Below, one piece after another: positions 56,080 to 64,000 of a stretch of 64,000 bases of DNA (position 1 is its first letter; every line of letters starts with the position of its first letter). The notes beneath the pieces are model-generated. The model did not search any database. It worked only from the letters and a program-made list of their open reading frames with translations, and was not told the origin of the DNA. A program made the translations under genes and the position numbers. Source of the DNA: Arthrobacter sp. (GTDB lineage: Bacteria > Actinomycetota > Actinomycetes > Actinomycetales > Micrococcaceae); the NCBI GenBank assembly GCA_036565085.1, contig DATCNU010000027.1:2846-66845 (forward strand), in the 5' to 3' direction.

Positions 56080-56558
56080 CTGTGCTCAGCATGGCGGAAA
56101 GGTACAGGCATGACGCGTTCCTGGCGGGTGTAGGGCACTGAGTTGTGGCGGAGGTAGTCCTCGACTGTGTGGTCATAAGCGCACACCATGACCTCGGCAC
56201 CGTACTCGGACGACGAATCGAAGAACTGGGCCTGCAGATGGCGGTTGCCCAGTGAGTGCGCCACGACGCCCATCTCGTGCACGGACCGCGGTGCGATCAC
56301 GAGGACGTCGGTGGGCAGCACGGACACCACGATCATGTTGGTCTCGGCCACGTGCAGGATGTCGCCATCACGCAGATCCCCGGAGCCCGGTGCCAGCCGG
56401 ATGCCGATTTCCTGGCCATGGTCTGTGATGGCGCGCTGGATGCGTTTGACCAGCTGGGCGCTTGGCAGCACCACCTTTTCGCGGTGGAGCCCGATGTAGG
56501 CAGCAAGGCCGGAGGCGGGCAGTTCGTGCAGGTTGCCGAGGACTTTCTCGATGATCAC
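56073..56558 (-). CDS. ureE: Urease nickel chaperone UreE
   Basis: LRDGDIL, AHSLGNRH, short HAEHSH tail. Confidence 0.95.
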   Translation of the reverse strand: MIIEKVLGNLHELPASGLAAYIGLHREKVVLPSAQLVKRIQRAITDHGQEIGIRLAPGSGDLRDGDILHVAETNMIVVSVLPTDVLVIAPRSVHEMGVVAHSLGNRHLQAQFFDSSSEYGAEVMVCAYDHTVEDYLRHNSVPYTRQERVMPVPFRHAEHSH

Positions 56559-56566
56559 TGGGTCTC

Positions 56567-58312
56567 CTAGAAGAGGAAGTAGCGCTGGGCCATGGGCAGC
56601 ACGTCGGACGGCTCGCAGGTCACGTCCTCGCCGTCGACCGTCACCTGGTACGTCTCCGGGTCCACCTGGATATCCGGGGTGGCGCTGTTGTGTTTCAGGT
56701 CCGCCTTGGTCAGCGTGCGGATACCGGATACCGCCCGGATGACCTTTTCCAGCCCCAGTTCCTCAGGCACCCCGGCGTCGATGGCAGCCTGGGAGAGAAA
56801 AGTGATGGAGGACTGCTGCAGCGCCTTGCCGAACGTCGCGAACATGGGCCTCATGGTGCGGGGCTGCGGTGTGGGGATGGAGGCGTTGGCGTCACCCATC
56901 AGGGCGTAGGCGATCTGCCCTCCCTTGAGCACCAGTTCGGGCTTCACGCCGAAGAACGCCGGGTCCCACAGGACCAGGTCGGCGAACTTGCCCTCCTCCA
57001 CGGAGCCGATGGAATCCGCCATGCCCTGCGCGATGGCCGGGTTGATCGTGTACTTCGCCACGTAGCGCTTGAGGCGGAAGTTGTCGCTCTGCGAACCCAA
57101 ACCGGCATCGGAGCCGTGCCCCGCACCGGCAGGGTCCTCCAGCACACCGCGCTGCTTCTTCATCTTGTCCGCCACCTGCCAGGTACGCGTGATCACCTCG
57201 CCCACCCGGCCCATCGCCTGCGAGTCCGAGGAAGTGATGGAGAAGATGCCCAGGTCCTGCAGGACGTCCTCCGCGGCGATGGTCTCGGCACGGATGCGGG
57301 AATCGGCGAACGCCACATCCTCGGGGATGTCCGGGTTGAGGTGGTGGCAGACCATGAGCATGTCCAGGTGCTCTTCGATCGTGTTCCGGGTATACGGAAG
57401 CGTTGGGTTCGTGGATGCAGGCAGCACGTTGGGCAGCCCGGCAATTCTGATGATGTCCGGCGCGTGCCCGCCGCCGGCACCTTCGGTGTGGAACGTGTGG
57501 ATGACCCGGCCGTCGATGGCGCGGATGGTGTCCTCCACAAAACCGCACTCGTTGAGCGTGTCGGTGTGGATGGCCACCTGTACGTCGTACTCGTCGGCCA
57601 CCCTCAGTGAAGTGTCGATCGAAGAGGTGGTGGACCCCCAGTCTTCGTGGACCTTGAGCCCGATGGCGCCGGCGCGGATCTGCTCGGCCAGCGGCTCGAC
57701 GGCGGATGCGTGGCCCTTGCCGAGCAGGCCGATGTTGATGGGCAGTCCCTCCGCGGCCTGCAGCATCCGCTGGATGTGCCACTTGCCCGGCGTCACGGTG
57801 GTGGCTTTGGTGCCTTCGGCCGGACCTGTGCCACCGCCCACCATGGTGGTTATCCCGCTGCTGAGGGCAGTGGGCACCTGGTCCGGGGAGATGAAGTGGA
57901 TGTGGGTGTCCACGCCGCCGGCGGTCAGGATCTTCCGTTCCCCGGCGATGATTTCGGTGCTGGCGCCGATGACGATGTCCACACCGTCAGTGATCTGGGG
58001 GTTGCCGGCCTTGCCGATCCGGAAGATGTGGCCGTCCTTGAGGGCGACGTCGGCCTTGTAGATTCCGGTGTAGTCAAGGATGACGGCGTTGGTGATGACC
58101 GTGTCCGGTACGTCTTCATCCCTGGTGGCCTGGCCGTTCTGGCCCATCCCGTCGCGGATAACTTTGCCGCCGCCGAACACGACTTCCTCGCCGTACACGG
58201 TAAGGTCCTTCTCGATCTCAAGGAAAAGTTCGGTGTCAGCCAGGCGGATGGAGTCACCCGTCGTCGGGCCGTACAGGTCCGCATACTGTCTGCGGGGCAG
58301 GTCGAAGCTCAT
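56567..58312 (-). CDS. ureC: Urease alpha subunit
   Basis: [47 protein letters not shown]. Confidence 0.98.
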   Translation of the reverse strand: MSFDLPRRQYADLYGPTTGDSIRLADTELFLEIEKDLTVYGEEVVFGGGKVIRDGMGQNGQATRDEDVPDTVITNAVILDYTGIYKADVALKDGHIFRIGKAGNPQITDGVDIVIGASTEIIAGERKILTAGGVDTHIHFISPDQVPTALSSGITTMVGGGTGPAEGTKATTVTPGKWHIQRMLQAAEGLPINIGLLGKGHASAVEPLAEQIRAGAIGLKVHEDWGSTTSSIDTSLRVADEYDVQVAIHTDTLNECGFVEDTIRAIDGRVIHTFHTEGAGGGHAPDIIRIAGLPNVLPASTNPTLPYTRNTIEEHLDMLMVCHHLNPDIPEDVAFADSRIRAETIAAEDVLQDLGIFSITSSDSQAMGRVGEVITRTWQVADKMKKQRGVLEDPAGAGHGSDAGLGSQSDNFRLKRYVAKYTINPAIAQGMADSIGSVEEGKFADLVLWDPAFFGVKPELVLKGGQIAYALMGDANASIPTPQPRTMRPMFATFGKALQQSSITFLSQAAIDAGVPEELGLEKVIRAVSGIRTLTKADLKHNSATPDIQVDPETYQVTVDGEDVTCEPSDVLPMAQRYFLF

Positions 58313-58659
58313 TCGGCGTCCTCCGTCACAACTGTCAGCGAACCGTTAGCGGCGGTGAGTTTGCCGTTGACGGCATTGCTGAGGCCGAACACCTCACGGC
58401 TGCCGGCCAGTTCGATCAGCCGGACTGTTTTGCTGTCGCCAGGCTCGAACCGCGCCGCAGTTCCCGCCGGGATGTCCAGTCGCCGCCCATACGCGGCCTG
58501 CCGGTCGAAGGTCAACGCGGCGTTCGCCTCCGCAAAGTGGAAATGCGAGCCAACCTGCACGGGCCGGTCGCCGGTGTTGACGACGACGACGTCAATCGCC
58601 TCGCGTCCGGCGTTCACCCTTACCGGTTCGGACCGGAGGAAGTATTCTCCTGGAATCAT
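58309..58659 (-). CDS. ureB: Urease beta subunit
   Basis: [25 protein letters not shown]. Confidence 0.97.
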   Translation of the reverse strand: MIPGEYFLRSEPVRVNAGREAIDVVVVNTGDRPVQVGSHFHFAEANAALTFDRQAAYGRRLDIPAGTAARFEPGDSKTVRLIELAGSREVFGLSNAVNGKLTAANGSLTVVTEDAE

Positions 58660-58668
58660 GGCCGGCCC

Positions 58669-58971
58669 CTAGCGGATCGGATCGTGAACGGTAACGAGCT
58701 TGGTGCCGTCGGGGAACGTCGCCTCGATCTGCACGTCGTGGACCATTTCCGGCACCCCCTCCATGACGTCCTCCCGCGTGAGCAGGGTCGTGCCATAACT
58801 CATGAGTTCCGCGACCGAGCGGCCGTCCCGGGCACCCTCGATCAGTTCATAACTGATGACCGCAACTGCCTCAGGAAAATTCAGCTTGAGGCCACGGCCC
58901 TGCCTGCGCCGGGCAAGATCGGCCGCGACCACAATCATGAGCTTTTCCTGCTCACGGGGCATCAAGTGCAT
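58669..58971 (-). CDS. ureA: Urease gamma subunit
   Basis: [31 protein letters not shown]. Confidence 0.97.
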   Translation of the reverse strand: MHLMPREQEKLMIVVAADLARRRQGRGLKLNFPEAVAVISYELIEGARDGRSVAELMSYGTTLLTREDVMEGVPEMVHDVQIEATFPDGTKLVTVHDPIR

Positions 58972-59004
58972 CTGGTTTCCCTTCAACAGCCTTGGAAATG
59001 GCGT

Positions 59005-59042
59005 GTGACCACAATAGGCCGGCCAGGTTTCCATGAGATTTC
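59005..59042 (-). promoter_or_regulatory. GlnR-like box and -10 of the urease promoter
   Basis: Minus strand GAAAT-n6-GAAAC (59042-59027), then TATTGT (59016-59011) and GTCAC in 11-bp phase. Confidence 0.55.
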
Positions 59043-59207
59043 CGGCCAGCCCCATCCAATCACGCTGTGGCGTCGGATTGCCCTGATGTGGCTGGTCCTG
59101 TGGCTGCTCGCCGATAGCGGTGGCGGGGTGACGGCTGCCCCATGCATGGACGCGCTACGATGCATGTCCAAGGCCAAAACCGCAACGCGTGATACCCCGG
59201 GGGACTA

Positions 59208-60092
59208 ATGTTCACTTTCGATCAGCTGGCGGGTTTCATTGCCGTCGCCGAGGAACTGCATTTTGGCCGCGCCGCGCAACGCCTGAACATGACCCAGCCC
59301 CCGCTGAGCCGGCAAATCCAGAAACTGGAGAAGATTGTCGGGGTGGAACTCCTGGAGCGTGACAATCGTAAAGTCCAGCTGACACACGCCGGGCAAGCCT
59401 TCCTGGAGGAGGCGCGGCGGCTGATGGCACTGGCCGAAAGGGCGCCGGCGACAGCCCGCCGCATCTCCTCGGGACGCTCCGGCGTGCTGCGGATCGGCTT
59501 CACAGCCACCAGCGGGTTCAGCATCCTGGGTCCGCTGCTGGAAGAAATCGGGGTCCTCCTTCCCGACGTGGACATAGATCTCCAGGAGCTTGTGACCGGC
59601 GAACAGATCAAAGGCCTGCAGACGGGCGAGCTTGACCTGGGACTCGCCCGGCCCCCTTTCGATACAGATGTTCTGGATTCGCGCCTGCTCTACCGCGAAT
59701 CGATGATGGTAGCCGTCCCAACCGGACACCCGCTCACGGCCCTCGGCCGGGACATCGTCGCAGCAGACCTCAAGGACGAGCCCCTCATCATGCACTCACC
59801 CACCCGTGCCCGGTATTTCTATGACCTCGTCGTCAGGATGCTTCCCGTACAGCACGGAAACGTTGTGCATACGGTCAGCCAAATCCTCACCATGGTCTCA
59901 CTGGTGGCGGCAAAACGGGGCGTGGCCTTCGTTCCGCACTCCGCTGTCAAACTTGGAATTGAGGGCGTCCGGTTCCTCCCCCTGGCTGGCAGCGGGGGAG
60001 AGCCTGTGGAACTCCATGCCATCTGGAACCGGGGGGTTACCAACCCGTCTCTGGCCCGGCTCCTTCGCGACCTCGAATTCACCATGAACTGA
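59208..60092 (+). CDS. LysR-family regulator
   Basis: AVAEELHFGRAAQRLNMTQPPLSRQIQKLE. Confidence 0.95.
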   Translation: MFTFDQLAGFIAVAEELHFGRAAQRLNMTQPPLSRQIQKLEKIVGVELLERDNRKVQLTHAGQAFLEEARRLMALAERAPATARRISSGRSGVLRIGFTATSGFSILGPLLEEIGVLLPDVDIDLQELVTGEQIKGLQTGELDLGLARPPFDTDVLDSRLLYRESMMVAVPTGHPLTALGRDIVAADLKDEPLIMHSPTRARYFYDLVVRMLPVQHGNVVHTVSQILTMVSLVAAKRGVAFVPHSAVKLGIEGVRFLPLAGSGGEPVELHAIWNRGVTNPSLARLLRDLEFTMN

Positions 60093-60136
60093 GCCGCATT
60101 CAGCGCGGGACGGCACGTGGGATGGGCACCTGAACC

Positions 60137-60203
60137 AATACCTTCAAGGCATCAAACTATGCTGAGAATGTCTTGGACGTGCATCGAAGTCAGATCCTAG
60201 TAT
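60137..60203 (+). promoter_or_regulatory. LysR-dependent promoter module upstream of the MFS gene
   Basis: AATAC-n7-GCATCA-n17-CTTGGACGTGCATCG-n11-TAGTAT; repeated at 61720. Confidence 0.7.
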
Positions 60204-60295
60204 TTGGGTAAACCTCAGTGTCCGGCATCACCGGACCGTCACCTTTGCTGCGGCACCGCAGGGAAGGGAATTGTTTTTCCAGATAAGGAACGTCG

Positions 60296-61699
60296 ATGTC
60301 CAAACCCACTCTTGATTCGCCCGTCGAGAAAGCCGCACAGCCGCGGGCCGGCCGCGCGAAGTCCCACACACGGTTCCTGGTGCTGGGCCTGATCTTCTTC
60401 ATTACAGTCGTCAACTACGCAGACCGCAGCAGCATGTCCATCGCGGGCACTGACATGACCAAAGAACTGGGCATGTCATCTGTCCAGCTCGGTTTCATCT
60501 TCTCTGCCTTCAGCTGGGCCTACGTTGTAGGCCAGCTTCCGGGCGGCTACCTGCTGGACCGGTTCGGGGCCAAGAAAATGTATGGCTGGAGCCTCACGCT
60601 GTGGTCCCTTGCAACCCTGGTGGTCGGTTTTGTCGGCCTGGTTTCTACGCCCGTCCTGGTCTCCGTCGGCATCCTCTTCGGCCTGCGCCTGCTCCTGGGT
60701 ATCGTCGAAGCGCCGGCATTCCCCGCGAACGCACGCATCACCACCATGTGGTTCCCCACCAAGGAACGCGGCCAGGCCACGGCCGTCTTCAACTCCGCCC
60801 AGTACCTTGCTACGGCCATGTTCGCTCCGCTGATCGGGTGGATGACCTTCACATTCGGCTGGCGCCTGGGCTTTTACGCCCTGGGGGTCCTGGGCATGGT
60901 CATGGCCATCGTCTGGTTCCGCTGGATGAACGTCCCGTCCAAGCACAAGCGCGTCACGGCAACCGAAATTGACACCATCCGGGCCGGCGGCGGCCTCGTT
61001 GACCTGGACGAAGCCGCCAGTCTGTCCAACCGCAAATCCACCATCACACGGGCCCAGTTCAAGGAACTGTTCACGAGTCGCATGTTCTGGGGGCTCTACG
61101 TTGCGCAGTATGCCGTCAACGCGCTGACCTACTTCTTCATTACGTGGTTCCCCATCTATCTCGTCAGCAGCCGCCACTTGAACATCATGGAGGCCGGCTT
61201 CATCGCAGCCATCCCCGCCCTGGCAGGATTCATCGGAGGCCTGCTCGGCGGATTCATCTCGGACTTCCTCCTGCGCAAGGGCATGTCACTGACAGCAGCC
61301 CGGAAGATCCCCTCGATCGCCGGTATGGCGCTGGCCATGCTGATCACACTCTGCCCGTTCACAGACAGCACCCCCGTCATCGTGCTGCTCATGACGCTCG
61401 CGTTCTTCGGTAAAGGCGTCGCCGCCCTGGGCTGGGCATTTGCGACGGACATGGCCCCCAGGGAAGCGAACAGCGTCTCCGGCTCCATCATGAACGCCTT
61501 CGGCAACATCGCCGGCATTGTCACTCCCATCGTCATCGGCTACATCATCGCCGCGACCGGATCCTTCGATGTGGCACTCTGGTTCGTCGGCGCGCACGGG
61601 GCCCTGGCGCTGCTCGGCTACGTGATCATGGGCCGTGTCACAAGGCTTGAATTCACCACGACAGCTGCGGCTGCCGACGCTGGAACGCCGGGGACCTAA
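60296..61699 (+). CDS. ACS-family MFS transporter (glucarate/galactarate, GudP-like)
   Basis: VNYADRS, QLPGGYLLDRFG, EAPAFPAN, WFPTKERG, GIVTPIVIG. Confidence 0.85.
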   Translation: MSKPTLDSPVEKAAQPRAGRAKSHTRFLVLGLIFFITVVNYADRSSMSIAGTDMTKELGMSSVQLGFIFSAFSWAYVVGQLPGGYLLDRFGAKKMYGWSLTLWSLATLVVGFVGLVSTPVLVSVGILFGLRLLLGIVEAPAFPANARITTMWFPTKERGQATAVFNSAQYLATAMFAPLIGWMTFTFGWRLGFYALGVLGMVMAIVWFRWMNVPSKHKRVTATEIDTIRAGGGLVDLDEAASLSNRKSTITRAQFKELFTSRMFWGLYVAQYAVNALTYFFITWFPIYLVSSRHLNIMEAGFIAAIPALAGFIGGLLGGFISDFLLRKGMSLTAARKIPSIAGMALAMLITLCPFTDSTPVIVLLMTLAFFGKGVAALGWAFATDMAPREANSVSGSIMNAFGNIAGIVTPIVIGYIIAATGSFDVALWFVGAHGALALLGYVIMGRVTRLEFTTTAAAADAGTPGT

Positions 61700-61719
61700 C
61701 GCCGCGGATCAGCACAGGC

Positions 61720-61785
61720 GATGCTCTCCGGGTATCACTGCATATAAAAAGGCACTTGGACAGGCATCGCGTGCGTGCCTAGCCT
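61720..61785 (+). promoter_or_regulatory. LysR-dependent promoter module upstream of kdgD
   Basis: GATGC-n7-GTATCA-n17-CTTGGACAGGCATCG-n10-TAGCCT. Confidence 0.7.
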
Positions 61786-61839
61786 GAAGACAAGTCATTA
61801 TTACCAGCCGCAATGCGGCGCCAAGATGGAGGACCCTAC

Positions 61840-62754
61840 GTGGCAAGATATTCGCCCCAGGAACTGGCAGCGACGTTGAAGGACGGATTGCTTTCCTTTC
61901 CTGTGACCTCGTTTGATGAGCATCTGCAATTCAACGAGGAGAACTACCGTAAGCACCTGGCATGGCAGGCGAGCTTTCCCGTGGCAGGCCTCTTCGCTGC
62001 GGGCGGCACCGGCGAAGGATTTTCCCTGACGCCCGCCGAATCAGAGCGCGTGGTCCGCACAGCGGTGGAGGAAGTCGGAAGCACGGTGCCAGTACTGGCC
62101 TCCGCCGGCGGATCCACTGCCCAGGCGATCGAAAACGCCCGGGCCGCCGAGGCCTCGGGTGCCGAAGGAATCCTGCTCCTGCCGCCATACCTGACCGAAG
62201 CGGACCAGCTGGGTCTCATAGACCACGTCAGTGCCGTCTGCAGCGCCACCTCGCTCGGCGTGATCATCTACAACCGGGCCAACGCGATCTACAAGGACAC
62301 CACTGTCGCCGCCCTCGCGGAACGCCACGAAAACCTCATCGGTTTCAAGGACGGCGTCGGCGACCTGGAACACGATGCCCGCGTCTACGCCAAGCTCGGC
62401 GACCGCCTGTTCTACCTCGGGGGACTTCCCACCGCGGAAACCTTCGCGCTTCCGCTGCTGCAGCTGGGTATGAGCACCTACTCCAGCGCCATGTACAACT
62501 TCGTCCCGCAGTTCGCCCTGGACTTCTACCAGGACGTCCGCAATTATGACCGCGTCGCAGTAAACAAAAAGCTCAACGACTTCGTCATCCCGTACCTGGA
62601 CATTCGCGACCGTGTGAAGGGCTACTCCGTCTCCATCGTCAAAGGCGGCCTCGACGCTATTGGCCGGTCCGCCGGCGGCGTCCGTCCGCCGTTGCAGAGC
62701 CTTGCCCCGCAGGACCTTGCGGACCTCAAAGCACTCATCGCCACCGTCTCCTAG
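61840..62754 (+). CDS. kdgD: 5-dehydro-4-deoxyglucarate dehydratase
   Basis: [42 protein letters not shown]; GGAGG RBS, GTG start. Confidence 0.93.
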   Translation: MARYSPQELAATLKDGLLSFPVTSFDEHLQFNEENYRKHLAWQASFPVAGLFAAGGTGEGFSLTPAESERVVRTAVEEVGSTVPVLASAGGSTAQAIENARAAEASGAEGILLLPPYLTEADQLGLIDHVSAVCSATSLGVIIYNRANAIYKDTTVAALAERHENLIGFKDGVGDLEHDARVYAKLGDRLFYLGGLPTAETFALPLLQLGMSTYSSAMYNFVPQFALDFYQDVRNYDRVAVNKKLNDFVIPYLDIRDRVKGYSVSIVKGGLDAIGRSAGGVRPPLQSLAPQDLADLKALIATVS

Positions 62755-62765
62755 GAATCGGAACC

Positions 62766-64000
62766 ATGACCCTCACCGGACATTCCCTCATCGCCGGGCG
62801 GCCCGTCGTCGGCGCCGGCAAGACCGCCTTCGGCGTCAACCCCGCCACCAACGAACGCCTCGAGCCCGCCTACTCGCTGATTACTGAGGAGCAGCTCCTG
62901 TGGGCCACCGCCGCGGCCGCCGAAGCCTACCCGTCCTTCTCCACCCTGGATCCGGAAACCCACGCCGGTTTCCTGGAAGCCATTGCGGACAACATCGAAG
63001 CCATCGGCGAGGAACTGATCCTCCGCGCCAGCCAGGAAACCGGGCTCCCCGCCGCCCGGCTCCAGGGCGAGCGTGCGCGCACCACCGGCCAGCTGCGGCT
63101 CTTCGCATCAGTGGTCCGCCAGGGCGATTTCCGGGGCGTCCGCATCGATCCGGCCATCCCGGACCGCACCCCGCTGCCCCGCGCGGACATCCGCCAGCGC
63201 CAGATCCCGCTCGGCCCCGTCGCGGTCTTCGGTGCCAGCAATTTTCCGCTGGCCTTCTCGACGGCGGGCGGCGACACCGCATCCGCCCTCGCCGCCGGCT
63301 GCCCCGTGGTGTTCAAAGCCCACAATGCCCACCCGGGCACAGGCGAACTCGTCGGGCAGGCCATTGCCAAGGCCGTCAAGGACTTCGGCCTGCACCCCGG
63401 CGTCTTCTCACTGGTCTACGGTCCGGGCAGCACCATCGGCCAGGCCCTCGTCGCCGATCCGGCCATCAAAGCCGTCGGATTCACCGGCTCGCAGTCCGCC
63501 GGCATCGCCCTGATGCGCACGGCCGCCGCCCGCCCTGAACCGATCCCGGTCTATGCCGAGATGTCCTCGCTGAACCCCGTCTTCGTCTTCCCCGGCATCC
63601 TCAGCGGCTCCGCCGAGCAAATAGATGCCCTGGCGCAGCAGTATGTGGCGGCGGTGACGGGCAGCTCCGGACAGTTGTGCACGTCCCCCGGCCTGCTGTT
63701 CGCCCCCGCAGGTGAGGCAGGCGACCGGTTCGCCGCTGCCGTAGGACACGCCGTTTCCGCCTGTGCCGGCCAGACGATGCTGACCGAAGGCATCGCCGGA
63801 TCCTGGCATGCCGGAACCGGCGCGCTCGGCGCGGCTGCCGGCGTCGACGTCGTCGGACAGGGCACCCCGGGCTCCACCGAGAACGCCCCTGGCCCGGTCA
63901 TTTTCGGGACGGGGGCCGGCAACTTCGTCTCCAACCATGTCCTGCATGCGGAGATCTTCGGTGCGGCCAGCCTGATCATCCGGTATTCCACCGCCGAGGA
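62766..64000 (+). CDS. NADP-dependent aldehyde dehydrogenase (alpha-ketoglutaric semialdehyde dehydrogenase-like); runs off the window end
   Basis: Manual translation MTLTGHSLIAG...FGASNFPLAFSTAGGDTASALAAGCPV...GFTGS...YAEMSSLNP...GQLCTSPG; follows kdgD. Confidence 0.9.
   Translation, partial: MTLTGHSLIAGRPVVGAGKTAFGVNPATNERLEPAYSLITEEQLLWATAAAAEAYPSFSTLDPETHAGFLEAIADNIEAIGEELILRASQETGLPAARLQGERARTTGQLRLFASVVRQGDFRGVRIDPAIPDRTPLPRADIRQRQIPLGPVAVFGASNFPLAFSTAGGDTASALAAGCPVVFKAHNAHPGTGELVGQAIAKAVKDFGLHPGVFSLVYGPGSTIGQALVADPAIKAVGFTGSQSAGIALMRTAAARPEPIPVYAEMSSLNPVFVFPGILSGSAEQIDALAQQYVAAVTGSSGQLCTSPGLLFAPAGEAGDRFAAAVGHAVSACAGQTMLTEGIAGSWHAGTGALGAAAGVDVVGQGTPGSTENAPGPVIFGTGAGNFVSNHVLHAEIFGAASLIIRYSTAE

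Noticed and set aside
148-63991. Hundreds of long antisense or frameshifted ORFs in the track (e.g. 9613-11013, 14603-16153, 26872-28407)
   Set aside because: Shadow ORFs of real genes, expected at high GC; no motifs or RBS

Overview
A 64-kb stretch of a GC-rich actinobacterial chromosome; gene content and protein style point to Arthrobacter/Pseudarthrobacter (inferred). It is densely coding (about 60 genes). I found no rRNA, tRNA, CRISPR array, transposase or prophage. Carbon-use loci: a polyol ABC binding protein with an AraC regulator, a GH65 phosphorylase with a HAD phosphomutase, a fructose PTS operon, a DUF1537 four-carbon acid-sugar operon, a secreted GH26, malQ, a LacI-controlled Frc-type ABC system with a kinase, and the start of a LysR-controlled glucarate/galactarate locus. 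Other loci: NHEJ genes ku and ligD with small stress-type proteins, proP, an MmyB-controlled aldo-keto reductase cluster, two GAF-ANTAR regulators and a full ureABCEFGD operon. The most interesting signals are non-coding. (1) A strong-SD, AUC-initiated, UGA-terminated uORF with alternative pairings precedes a PrmC/HemK-like methyltransferase and may be a termination-sensing attenuator. (2) Two related palindromic elements sit in the urease operon, each followed by about 250 bp of strand-specific T enrichment. (3) A LysR promoter module occurs three times, and its third, decayed copy points at urease. All counts were made by hand and no database searches were run.
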